From NCBI RefSeq assembly GCF_036365525.1, contig NC_090404.1:4216001-4280000 (forward strand): a stretch of DNA of 64,000 nt, in the 5' to 3' direction. The DNA is from Heterodontus francisci (taxonomy: Eukaryota). Every line of letters starts with the position of its first letter. Position 1 is the stretch's first letter. The notes under the pieces are model-generated. The model saw nothing but the letters and a program-made list of their open reading frames with translations, was not told the DNA's origin and ran no database searches. The position numbers and the translations under genes are program-made. Positions 50,190 through 62,174 of the stretch are shown here, piece after piece.

Positions 50190-52780
50190 GCTGGAAGGTT
50201 TAAGGTAGTTATGGAAAAGGACAAAGCTAGATCAGAAATAAAGGTACTGAATTGGGGGAAGGACGATTTCAATACGATAAAACAGTATCTGGCCTAAGTG
50301 GACTGGGAGCCGCTACTTGGAGGAAAGTCTACACCAGACCAGTGGGAGTCATTCAAGGAGGAAACAGTGAGAGTTCAAAGACAACATGTACCCGTTAAGG
50401 TGAAGGGAACCCTGGATGTCAAGGGATATAGAGGATTGGATCAGGAAAAAAGGAAGCTTTTGGCAGATTCACAGCGCTGAAAGCAGTGGAGGTACTAGAT
50501 GAGTATAGAAAGTGTAGCAGGGGGGTACTTAAAAAAGTAGTTAGGAGAGAGAAGAGTAGATAAGAAAAAACACTGGCAGGCTAGATAAAGGAAAATTCTA
50601 AAGCGTTTTCTAAGTATATTAAGGGTAAGAGGATAACCAGGGAAAGAGTAGGACCCATTAGGGACCAAAGGTGCAATCTCTGTGTGGAGCCGGAGGGCAT
50701 TGGTGAGGTTTTAAATGATTACTTTTAATCTGAGTTCACCATAGAGAAGGTCAATGTTGGTGTAGAGATCAGGGAAGGGGATTGTGATATACTTGAACAT
50801 ATTAGCATTGAAAGGGAGGAAGTATTAGCGGTTCTGGTGGGCTTAAAAGTGGATGAATCCCCAGGCCCAGATGAGATGTATCCCAGGCGGTTATGTGAGG
50901 CAAGGGAAGAGATAGCATGGACTCTGACACAAATTTTCAAATCTGCTCTGGCCACAGGAGAGGTACCAGAGGATTGGAGGACAGCGAATGTGGTACCATT
51001 ATTCAAGAAGGGTAGTAGGGATAAACCAGGGAATTACAGGCCGGTGAGTGTAACATCAGTGGTAAGGAAATTATTGGAAAAAACTCTGAGGGATAGGATT
51101 AATCTCCACTTGGAGAGGCAGGGATTAATCAGGGATAGGGAGCATGGCTTTGTCAGGGGGAGATCGTGTCTAACTAACTAGATTGAATGTTACAAGGCGG
51201 TGACTCAATGGATAGATGAGGATAAAGCAGTTGATATTCTACATGGACTTCAGTCAGGTTTTTGATAAGGTCCCACATGGGAGATTGTTTAAAAAGATAA
51301 GATCTCATGGGATCCAGGGCAATTTGGCATATTGGATCCAAAATTGGCTCAGTAGCAGGAGGCAGAGGGTTATGGTTGAGGGTTGTTTTTGCAAGTGAAA
51401 GCCTTTGACCAGTGGTGTACCGCAGGGATCGGTGCTGGGACCCATACTGTTTGTAGTGTACATTAATGATTTAGGCGTGAATATAGGAGGTGTGATCAGT
51501 AAGTTCGCAGATGACATGAAAATTGGTGGTGCCGTAAATAGTGAGGAGGATGGCCTTCCATTACAGGACGATATCGATGGGCTGGTAAGATGGGCGGAAC
51601 CGTGGCAAATAGAATTTAATCCTGAGAAGTGTGAGGTGATGCATTTTTGGAGTACTAATCAGGCAAGGGAATATATCGTGGATGGCAGGAACCTATGAAG
51701 TACAGAAGGTCAGAGGGACCTTGGAGTAATTGTCCATAGATCACTGAAAGCAGCAGCACAGGTAGATAAGATGGTTAATATAAAAGCAAAGTACTGCGGA
51801 TGCTGGAAATCTGAAACAAAAACAAGAAATGCTGGAATCACTCAGCAGGTCTGGCAGCATCTGTGGAAAGAGAAGCAGAGTTAACGTTTCAGGTCAGTGA
51901 CCCTTCTTCGGATAAGATGGTTCGCAGGGCATATGAAAATTATTAGAGGCATTTATGGGATCGATAGGAAGAAACATTTTCCCTCATGCGGATAGGTCAA
52001 TAACTAGGGGACATAGATTTAAGATAAGGGGCAGGAGTTTTAGAGGGGAGTGGAGGAAAGAAAATTCACCCAGAGGTTGATTGGAATCTGGAACACACTG
52101 CCTGAAGAGGTTGTAGAGGCAGGAACACACACGACATTTAAGAAGTATTTAGATGAGCACTTGAAATGCCATAGTATACAAGACTATGGGTCAAGTGCGG
52201 GCAAGTGGGATTACTTTTGGACAGGTGCTTGATGGTCAGCGCAGGGGCTCTGGGCCGAAGGGCCTGCTTCTGTGGTGTAAAACTCTATGACTCTGTAGGA
52301 TTCTTGACTTTATGAGCCGAGGCATTGAATATAAGAGCAGGGAGGTTATGATGGAGCTGTATAAAACACTGGTTAGGCTACAGCTGGAGTACTGTGAACA
52401 GTTCTGGGCACCACACTATTGGAAGGATGTGATTGCAGCCTCAGGAGAGGGTGCACAGGAGATTCACCAGGATGTTGCCTGGGCTGAAGCATTTCAGCTA
52501 TGCAGAGAGACTGAAAAGGCTAGGGTTGTTTTACTTAGATCAGAGAAGGCTGAGGGGAACATGATTGAGGTATACAAAATTATGAGGGGCAGTGATAGGT
52601 TGGATAGGAAGAAAATGTTTCGCTCAGCGGAGGCGTCAATAACCAGGGAGCATAGATTTAAGGTAAGGGGCAGGAGGTTTAGAGGGGATTTGAGGAATTT
52701 GTTTTTCACTCTGAGGATGGTTGGAATCTGGAATGCACTGCATGAAGAGGTGGTGGAGGCAGGAACCTTCACAACGTTTA
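50190..52780 (+). mobile_element. CR1 LINE ORF2 fragments inserted in the satellite
   Basis: SPGPDEMYPR, VPEDWRTANVVPLFKKG, SKFADDMK, LEYCEQFWAP. Confidence 0.9.
51777..51910. mobile_element. 134-bp Penelope-terminus insertion with a 12-bp target-site duplication
   Basis: gataagatggtt at both 51765-51776 and 51911-51922. Confidence 0.8.
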
Positions 52781-53681
52781 CACGATATAACACTAGACCA
52801 TGTTTCAGTTATGACTGGACTTCGTTGCATCTCGGTTTATATTACACTAACCCTATCTCTGTTCTTACTGCACCAGTCCCTGTCTCTGTTTATATTACAC
52901 TGGACCCTCTCTCGGTTTATATCACACTGGGCCATGTTGGTTTTTCACTGCACTAGGCCATGTTTCCAGTAGATGAAGAGATATTATTATAAATAAAGAT
53001 GTTAGACTGGAAATTGGTATCAGGTTACGGCCGAACGGACGCTTTTGGCTCGGCCGCCCTTTCTACCCAGGGCCTTGTGTTCAATTTCATTGCAGTCAAC
53101 GGAGTTGCTGTCTCTCCCGGGCGGTCAATCCGATAGTGACGCTTTCTGTGCCACTGCCTGAAACCAATTTCCATCTTTTGTGTTTGTGTGTTGGGCGGGT
53201 ATAATCATTTTCTGTATGGAAGAATACCTTTAACCTTGTTAATACCTATCAGTAGCTTGTGTGAAATTTCTAATTGCTCTGGTATTATGTGGGTAATATT
53301 TGTGTTGAAAGGATGGGCTGAATCCTGCAACAAGCTCCCAGAGACGGACTGGGTGGGATTGAAGGACAGGACTAAAGGTCAGTAATAGTGTACTGCACTT
53401 TACAATACTTGGTAACAAACTCTGTTGTGTTAAAGTGTACTAATTCACACTTGTGTTGTACTGTGACAATTCCTCACTTTTTAATGTTCAGGATATTTTT
53501 GTCGCTGCGGGATTTTCAATTTCGAATTCACCTGACCTCGTGATTGTGTTCGAAACAGCCTGGAACAGTGACCCCGCAGTCCCAACCGACAGGCTGCCGC
53601 AGGGTCCTAATGTCCACCAAGTTCAATCATCTGATCAACAGGGACAACTGAAATGAAAACACACAATGTTATATATCGGCG

Positions 53682-53682
53682 A

Positions 53683-53713
<31 letters not shown>

Positions 53714-53760
53714 TGTGTGTGTGTGTGTGTGCGCGTGTGTGTGTGTGTGTGCGCGTGTGC
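53682..53760. repeat. (GT)n microsatellite
   Basis: Seen directly. Confidence 0.95.
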
Positions 53761-55199
53761 CAAATAAATCACACTTAATGATTGCAAGGTGGTTCCACAT
53801 AGTTATATAACCTATTTCACTAGATTGTTTCTGCATTTTATTTCCTTTTATTCAAACTGTAATTGCAGATTGTTTAATACCGTGTGATATAAACAGAGAT
53901 ATGGCCCCGTGCAATGATAACAGAGAGACAGGACATCAGGTAAAACTATAAGAACCATTTCTTGATGTAATCGTAATTGAAACAATACTTCGTACAATAA
54001 TAACTGAAAGTGGTTATAGTGTAAGACTAGCAGAAGCAGGGTCAACTTTGACAATACCAGAAACATGTTCCTACTGAAAAGTGACAGAGACAAAGTCTCC
54101 AGCAATAATAATAGAGGTGTGCACTAGAATTGGAATAACAGACAGGTTATTTTTCTAAAAATAAGAATGGCAATGTGTAACAATTATACAGACAGGGTCT
54201 AATACAATAAGAGTAGAGGCAGGATCCAGAGCAAAACAGCAAAGACGTGGCTTACTTTGAGTGTAACAAAGGCAGTGTTTGATCCAATAATAACCGAGGC
54301 AGGCTGCAGTGTATTACTGAACACATCACTACATCCAGTGTGATGATAACACAGTCAGTATCCACTGCATCAAAACCAAAGCTTTGGTCTCCTATCATAG
54401 TGCAAGTGAGTCAGAATCTATTGACATAACAGCAAATACTTTGCCAAACACCTCATAACAGAGTCAATGACCACTGCAGTTTGAATGAGATGGGCTTAGT
54501 GTAATAACGCAGGCACTGTCTGGTGTAATGGGAGCTGGGAAAAGATCATGTCAGCATTGACACTCTCAGCCTCAGTCAGAAGGTGTGGGTTCAAGCCCCA
54601 CTCCAGACACTCGACTGCATAATCTAGGCCGATGCTCCCGTTGCCAGTACATATGCAAGTGGTTCTGTACTTTTGCACACTATTTTGTTAGACTCAGAAG
54701 GACTGAGGGGAATGGCAGATGGAGCAACTCTAGGCAATTTCTCCATCCAGCGAGGCAGGGGTTCTGGTGACATCATTGCAAGTTTGACGTGACTGCCCAC
54801 TCCTAAAAGTCCTCTTCCCCCTCTCCCACTAATAATCACAGAGGCCGGCTCAAGGGTATCAATAACAGAGGCTGCTTATACTGCAGGAACTCTTACCTTG
54901 AGAGAGGCAGGGGGTCTAATAAACACCCGATTGTAATAGGAAGACAAAGTGCAGGGAAGCACTGACGTTTTGGGCCTCGTACAGGCTTCTGTGTTATGGT
55001 GAGTGAAACAGGGAGTAGTGTGAGAAAATAGGAATGGAAACACCATGACAGGCACATGTGGCTGACTCCACCTGACTAAGCTGATGCACAAAAGAGGGTG
55101 ACCATGAGGACAGGGCGTACTCCAGAGATTTCTGATATCTGAGGTGACAATGGTGCATGTCTCAGATGAACTGAAAAGAAACTGTTTCTTCTCATCTGT

Positions 55200-55665
55200 C
55201 AGCTGTGCCTCAGTTTTTACAACGCTCACCTTTGAGTCATAAGCTTCCAGGTTCAAGACCCAATCCGGGGCTTGAGAGCAAAAATCAAGGCTGATGCAGT
55301 AGTGCAGTATTGAGGGAGCACAGCACTGCCAGAGGTGCCGTCTTTCAGATGAGATGTTAAACCGAGGCCCAAATCTACTTGCTCGGGTGGATGTAAAAGC
55401 TCTCTGGTACTATTTGGAAGAAGAACAAAGGAGTTATCCCCAGTGTCCTGGTCAAGGTTTATCCCTCCATCAACATCACAAAAACAGATTATCCAGTCTT
55501 TATCGCATTGCTGCTTGTGGGAGTTTGCTGTTTGTAAACTGGCTGATATGTTTCCTGCATTACAACAGTGACTACACTTCAAAAGTACTTCATGGATTCT
55601 AAAGCATTTTGAGATGTCCGGTGGTTGTGAAAAGCGTGATATAAATGCAAGTCTTTCCTTTCCTT
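55200..55665 (+). mobile_element. Deu-SINE (SacSINE1/AmnSINE1-like)
   Basis: gtgcagtattgagggagc...gttaaaccgaggccc...tacaacagtgactacacttcaaaagtacttc...ataaatgcaagtctttc. Confidence 0.8.
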
Positions 55666-56223
55666 TTTGCAGTCGCTGTGTTGCACAGGAACATCGGGGC
55701 CGGATCTGACAATTCGTAGAAACCAATGTTTTAAATCTTCTGCTAAAGCCAATTAAATTCAAAGTTCAAACCTCACCAGAGGAAAATTCAGAGTTGTGCA
55801 AAAATGAGTGAGCTGTCCAATTAATCCCATTGTTCATATCGCTGCCAATTTGCACCCCCCACCCCCACTCCACCAGCACCACCATCTACATGGCAACAAA
55901 ACCGAAAGGGGAGATGAGAAGAATTTTGTTTTAATACAGAGATTTTCTGTGATCTGGAATGCACACCGTGAAAGGGTGCTTGAAGCAGATTGAATAGTAA
56001 CTTTCAAAGGGAAGTGGATAAATACCTGAGGGGAGGGGGGAGATTATTGCAGGATTCACCCCATCCTTTCAACACAAATATTACCCACATAATACCAGAG
56101 CAATTAGAAATTTCAAACAGCTACTGATAGCTATTAACAAGGTTGAAGATATTCTTCCATGCAGAAAATGATTACACCCGCCCTATTTTGAACACTTCTA
56201 TTAAATAGTAACACACGCAAGTG

Positions 56224-56225
56224 GA

Positions 56226-56295
<70 letters not shown>
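56224..56295. repeat. (GA)n microsatellite
   Basis: Seen directly. Confidence 0.95.
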
Positions 56296-56839
56296 AAAAC
56301 AGACACTTTTAAAAAGGCAGAAACACGAGATGGTGAGAGATAAAAGCTGAGAAATAGAGAAGAGAAGGAACACACAGAGAGAATGGCATAAAATTAAAGG
56401 GAGCAAACTGCCAGCTGCCGGTTTCAGAGAGCAGAGGGAGCTCAGTGACTGATCCACAGACATGGTCAGTTATGTCCGGAAATGGAGACTCGAAACAGAA
56501 ACAACAGGTTCATTTGTAAATGTCACCATAATGTGATCTGTGTGACTCTGCACCCACTCTGTGGACAGATAAAGGCCGCCTTGGCATATGTTTCCACCAG
56601 ATTGTGGCCCCTGGATTTATTTTCTGCTCAGAAGTGAGATGTGTGGTTTGGAACCGGCAGAAGAGAAACAGGAAGTTGTGTTGCCTGAGAATGAAATAGC
56701 AGGTGTCAATTTCAGGTTGTCACCATGAACAGTCTTCCTTCCTGTGAGGGTGGATTCAATCTGACAGCACCAAGAACAAGCTCACAGATTGCTTCTGGTC
56801 TCAACATCGCGTTCACCTCCATTCACATTTAATTCTCAT

Positions 56840-57730
56840 TTGATTCAGTGAGTTCAGTCTGCGAGAGAGGAGAGAGGTTCATTGAGTTCAGTCTGAGCAA
56901 GAGGAGAGAGGTTCAGTGAGTTCAGTCTGAGAGAGGACAGAGGTTCAGTGAGTTTAGTCTGAGAGAGAGGAGAGAGGTTCAGTGAGTTCAGTCTGAGAGA
57001 GAGGAGAGAGGTTCACTGAGTTCAGTCTGAGAGAGAGGCGAGTGATTCCGTGCGTTCAGTCTGAGAGGAGAGAAATTCAATGAGTTCAGTCTGAGACAGA
57101 GGAGAGAGGTTCAGTGAGTTCAGTCTGAGAGAGAGGAGATTGATTCAGTGAGTTCAGTCTGACAGAAAGGAGAGAAATTCAATGAGATCTGTCTGAGAGA
57201 CAGGAGAGAGATTCAGTGAGTTCAGTCTGAGCGAAAGGAGAGAGATTCAGTAAGTTCAGTCTGAGAGAGGAGAGAGTGGTTCACTGAGTTCAGTCTGAGA
57301 GAGAGGAGAGAGATTCAGTGAGTTCAGTCTGAGAGAGAGGGAATAGGTCCAGTGAGTTCAGTCTGAGCGAGAGAAGAGAGATTCAGTGAGTTCAGTCTGG
57401 AAGAGAGGAGAGAGGTTCAGTGAGTTCAGTCTGAGAGAGAGGAGAGAGATTCAGTGAGTTCAGTCTGAGAGAGAGGAGAGAGGTTCAGTGAGTTCAGTCT
57501 GAGAGAGAGGGGATAGGTCCAGTGAGTTCAGTCTGAGCGAGAGAAGAGAGATTCAGTGAGTACAGTCTGAAAGAGAGGATGGAGGTTCAGTGAGTTCAGT
57601 CTAAGAGAGAGAAGAGAGATTCAGTGAGTTCAGTCTGAGAGAGAGGAGAGAGATTCGGTGAGTTCAGTCTGAGAGAGGAGAGAGCTTCAGTGACTTCATT
57701 GCATCTGAGAGAGAGGTTCAATGAGTTCAG
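56840..57730 (+). repeat. Minisatellite, ~31-33-bp unit (ttcagtgagttcagtctgagagagaggagagagg), roughly 27 copies
   Basis: Seen directly. Confidence 0.95.
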
Positions 57731-57971
57731 TGACAGACGTGTTCGCCTGGGCAATGGAAGAGTCTGTGTGAGATCACTTTCTCAACAAGACCACACAACA
57801 GAATGTGTTGTGAATAGGTGTTATCGTTATTGAATGATACGTAATACTATTACATTTTGAATAAATTGAAATTGAATAAAATGTTGTACAACGCTTCATG
57901 CACATAATCACTTATGTTAGTGCAATGCATTGCATGCATTAAGAAGTATGTGTTCTGGGCACGCCGTATCC

Positions 57972-57977
57972 ACACAC

Positions 57978-58027
<50 letters not shown>
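57972..58027. repeat. (CA)n microsatellite
   Basis: Seen directly. Confidence 0.95.
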
Positions 58028-58030
<3 letters not shown>

Positions 58031-58345
58031 GCCTCACACACGGTCACCCACAAACCACACACCCACACCCACAGAGCATACCACACACATGCACATATGC
58101 ACACACAGAAACATTTTGGTTTAGCTTGTTTCAGTTGCACCACTTAACTAGTTGATGAAAATCTAATCGGGTGGACATTAGGACCCTATGGCAGCCCATC
58201 TGGTGGTGCTGGGAGGACACGGTTCCAGACTCTGTCCAACACAATCTGTGGGTCAGGCGAAAGTTAAGTAGAAATTCCTGCAGAACAAAAAAATCCTTAA
58301 CATAAAAAAAAACTATCAGCAATGGAGACAGTACAACACAAATAT

Positions 58346-61300
58346 CATAGAGTTATGCAGGACATAAACAGGCCCTTCGGCCCATTGTGTCTTTCCCGTT
58401 CATCAAGCACCTAACTATTCTAATCCCATTTTCCAGCTGTTGGCTCAGAGCCTTGTACACGATGGCGTTTCAGGTGCTCATCTACATACTTCTTGTTGTG
58501 AGGGTTCCTGCCTCTAACACCTCTTCAGGCAGTGCATTCTAGATTCCAGCCACTCTCTGGGTGAAAATGTTTTCCTCAAATCCACTCTAAACCTCCTGCA
58601 CCTTACCTTAAATCTATGCCCGCTGGTTATTGACCGCTCGGCTAAGGGAAAATGTTTCTTCCTATCTAACCTATCAATGCCCCTCTAAATTTTGTATCCC
58701 TCAATCATATCTCCCCTCACCCTTCTCTGCTCTAAGGAAAACAACCGTAGCCTTTTCAGTCTCTCTGCATCGCTGAAATGCTCCAGCCCAAGCAGCATCC
58801 TGGTGAATCTTCTCAGCACCCTCTCCAGTGCAATCACATCCTTCCTATAGTGTGGTGCCCAGAACTGTGCACAGTACTCCAGCTGTGGCCTGACTAGCAT
58901 TTTATACAGCTGCATCATAACCTCCCTGCTCTGAAATTCTATGCCTCGGCTCATGAAGGCAAGTATCCCATATGCTTTCCTAACCACCTTATCTACCTGT
59001 GCTGCTGCCTTCTGTGATCTATGGACAAGTATACCAAGGTTCCTCTGACCCTCTGTATTTCCTAGGGTCCTACCATCCGTTGTATATTCCCCTGCCTTGT
59101 TAGTCCTCTCAAAATGCATCACATCACACTTCTCAGGATTAAATTCCATTTGCCAAAGCTCCACCCATCTTACCAGCCCATCAACATCGGCCTGGAATCT
59201 GAGGCTTTCCTCCTCACTATTTATGACACCACCAATTTTCGTGTCATCTGCGAACCTACTTACCATACCTCCTATGTTCACGTCTAAATCAATAATGTAC
59301 ACTAAAAACAGCAAGGGTCGCAGCAACAATCCCTGTGGTACACTACTGGTCACAGGCTTCCACTCACAAAAACAACCCTCGACCATCACCCTCTGCCTCC
59401 TGCCACTGAGCCCATTTTGGATCCAATTTGCCAAATTGCTTCTTGACCAATCTCCCATGTGGGACCTTATCAAAAGCCTTACTGAGGTCCATCAATACTG
59501 CATCAACTGCTTTATTCTCATCTACAAAATGTCACCACCGCCTCAAAACATTCAATCAAGCTAGTCAGACACGATCTCCCACTGACAAAGCAATGCTGAC
59601 TATCCCTGATTAATCCCTTCCTCTCCAATTGGAGATTAATCCTGTCCCTCAGAGATTTTTCCAATAGTTTCCCAACCAATGATGTTAGACTCACCGGCCT
59701 GTAATTCCCTGGTTTATCCGTCCTACCCTTCTTGAATAATGGTACCACATTCGCTGTCCTCCAATCCTCTGGTACCTCTCACGTGGCCAGAGCAGATTTG
59801 AAAATTTGTGCCAGAGTCCTTGCTATCCCTTCCCTTGCCTCACATAACAGCCTGGGATACATCTCATCTGGGCCTGGGGATTTATACACTTTTAAGCCCA
59901 CCAGAACCGCTAATACTTCCTCACTTTCAATGCTAATATGTTCAAGTATATCACAATCCCCCTCCCTGATCTCTACACCTACATCGTCCTTCTCCATAGT
60001 GAACACAGATGAAAAGTAATCATTTAAAACCTCACCTATGTTCTCCGGCTCCACACACAGAATGCCACTTTGGTCCCTAATGGGTCCTACGCTTTCCCTG
60101 GTTATCCTCTTGCCTTTAATATACTTGCAAAACGCCTTAGGATTTTCCTTTATCTTGCCTGCCAGTGTTTTTTCATGTCCCCTCTTCGCTCTCCTAATTA
60201 CTAATTTAAGTACCCCCCCCCCCTACAATTTCTATACTCGTCTAGTGCCTCCACTGTTTTCAGCACACTGAATATGCCATAAGGTTCCGTTTTTTTACTG
60301 ATCCAATCCTCTATATCCCTTAACATCCAGGGTTCCCTGAACTTGTTGGTTCTACCCTTCACCTTACGGGTTACATGTTGGCTCTGAACTCTCACTATTT
60401 CCTCTTTGAATGACTCCCACTGATCTGATGTCGACTTTCCTCCAAGTAGCTGCTCTAAGTCCATTTTGGCCAGATCATGTTTTATCATCCGAAAATCGGC
60501 CTTCTCCCAATTCAGTCCCTTTATTTTCCGTCCATCTTTGTCCTTTTCCATAACTACCTTAAATCTTGCAGAGTTATGGACACTATCCCCGAAATGTTCC
60601 CCCACTGACACTTCTACCACTTGTCCGGCTTCATTCCCTAGGATTAGGTCCAGTACTGTCCCTTCTCTTGTTTGGACTATCTCCGTACTGGCTCAAGAAG
60701 CTCTCCTGGATGCATTTTAAGAATTCTGCCCCCTTTAAGCTATTTGCACTGAGACGATCCCAGTTGATATTGGGGAAGTTGAAATTCCCTGCTATTATTA
60801 CCCTATTATTTTTACATCTCTCTGAGATTTGCCTACATATCTGCTCCTCTATCTCTCCCTGACTATTTGGAGGTCTGTAGTACACTCCCAGCCAAGTGAT
60901 TGCCCCCTTTGTGTTTTTAAGTTCTACCCATTTGAGGAACCTTCTAAGATATCATCCCTCCTTATTGCAATAATTGACTCCTTGATCAACAGTGCAAGGC
61001 CAACTCCTCTTTTACACCCTCCCCTATCATGCCTGCAGATTCTATTCCCTGGGATACTGAGCTGCCAGCACTGCCCTTCCCTCAACAATGACCCTGTGAC
61101 AGTAATAATACCATATTCCCATGTGTTAATCAACACCCTCAATTCATCTGCCTTACTTGTAAGACTCCTTGCATTAAAATAGATGCAATCCAGCCTTGCA
61201 TTTTGCACTTGTGCCTTAACAGGTCTATATTTGCTCTGCCTTCCAGATTGACTCAGTTTATATCGATGACTGTGCATCACCCTCTACTATACCTACACTC

Positions 61301-61708
61301 AGTATCCCATCCCCCTGCCAAGTTAGTTTAAACCCCCCACCCCCACACCCCCCAATAGCACTAGCAAACCTCCCAGCAAGGATGTTGGCCCGTTCCGGTT
61401 CAGGTGCAACCCGTCCAACTTGTACAGGTCCCAAATTTGCCAGAAACAGACCCAGTGATCCAGGAAACTAAAGCCTTCCCTCCTGCACCACCTCCTCAGC
61501 CACGCATTCACCTGCTCTATCCTTCTAATCCTATACTCACTAGCACGTGGCACCGAGAGTAATCCAGGGATTACAACCTTTGAGATCCTGCTTGTTCATC
61601 TTCTTCCTAGCTCACTAAATTCTTGTTACAGGACCTCATCCCTCTTTTCACCTATGTCGTTGGTGCCAAAGTATACTACGACCTCTGACTGTTCCCCTCC
61701 CCTTTCAG
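58346..61708 (-). mobile_element. 5'-truncated CR1 LINE (end of ORF1 plus ORF2), degenerate
   Basis: DLYKLDGLHLN, CIYFNARSL, YYRPPNS, SRFADDTK, VRPQLEYCAQFW; aatat on both flanks. Confidence 0.92.
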
Positions 61709-62104
61709 AATATGTATTAGTAAACTTTGACACAACAGAGTGTGTCACTAAGTAATGTAAAGCGCAGTGCACTATTGCTCACCTTTAGTCCTGTCCCTCA
61801 ATCCCAGTTCATCTCTGGGAAACTGTTGCAGGATTCATCCCATCCTTTCAACACCAATATTACCCACATAATAAAGAGCAATTAGAAATTGAACACAGCT
61901 GCTGATAATTATTCACAAAACTAAACGTAGTTTTCCAACGAAAAATGATTAAATCCTCACACACAAATGTTTATCTCTATATGTATTAATATATATGACT
62001 GTCACTGTCGTCCCATCTAGCTATATGTCTGTCTATCTCCCAATCTATCTGTCTGTCTGTCGCACTAGATGGCTAGCTAGCTATCAAGCTATTTGTGTGG
62101 CTAT

Positions 62105-62122
62105 TTGTCTATCTATCTATCG

Positions 62123-62172
<50 letters not shown>
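62105..62172. repeat. (TATC)n microsatellite
   Basis: Seen directly. Confidence 0.95.
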
Positions 62173-62173
<1 letters not shown>

Positions 62174-62174
62174 A

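Noticed and set aside
56840-57730. Minisatellite as a CRISPR array or Ig switch region
   Set aside because: Eukaryotic DNA, no unique spacers, not AGCT-rich, and not located in the J-C intron
58685-59473. 262-aa reverse-transcriptase ORF (and similar RT ORFs) as a host gene or novel RT system
   Set aside because: Ordinary fragments of degenerate CR1 LINE ORF2
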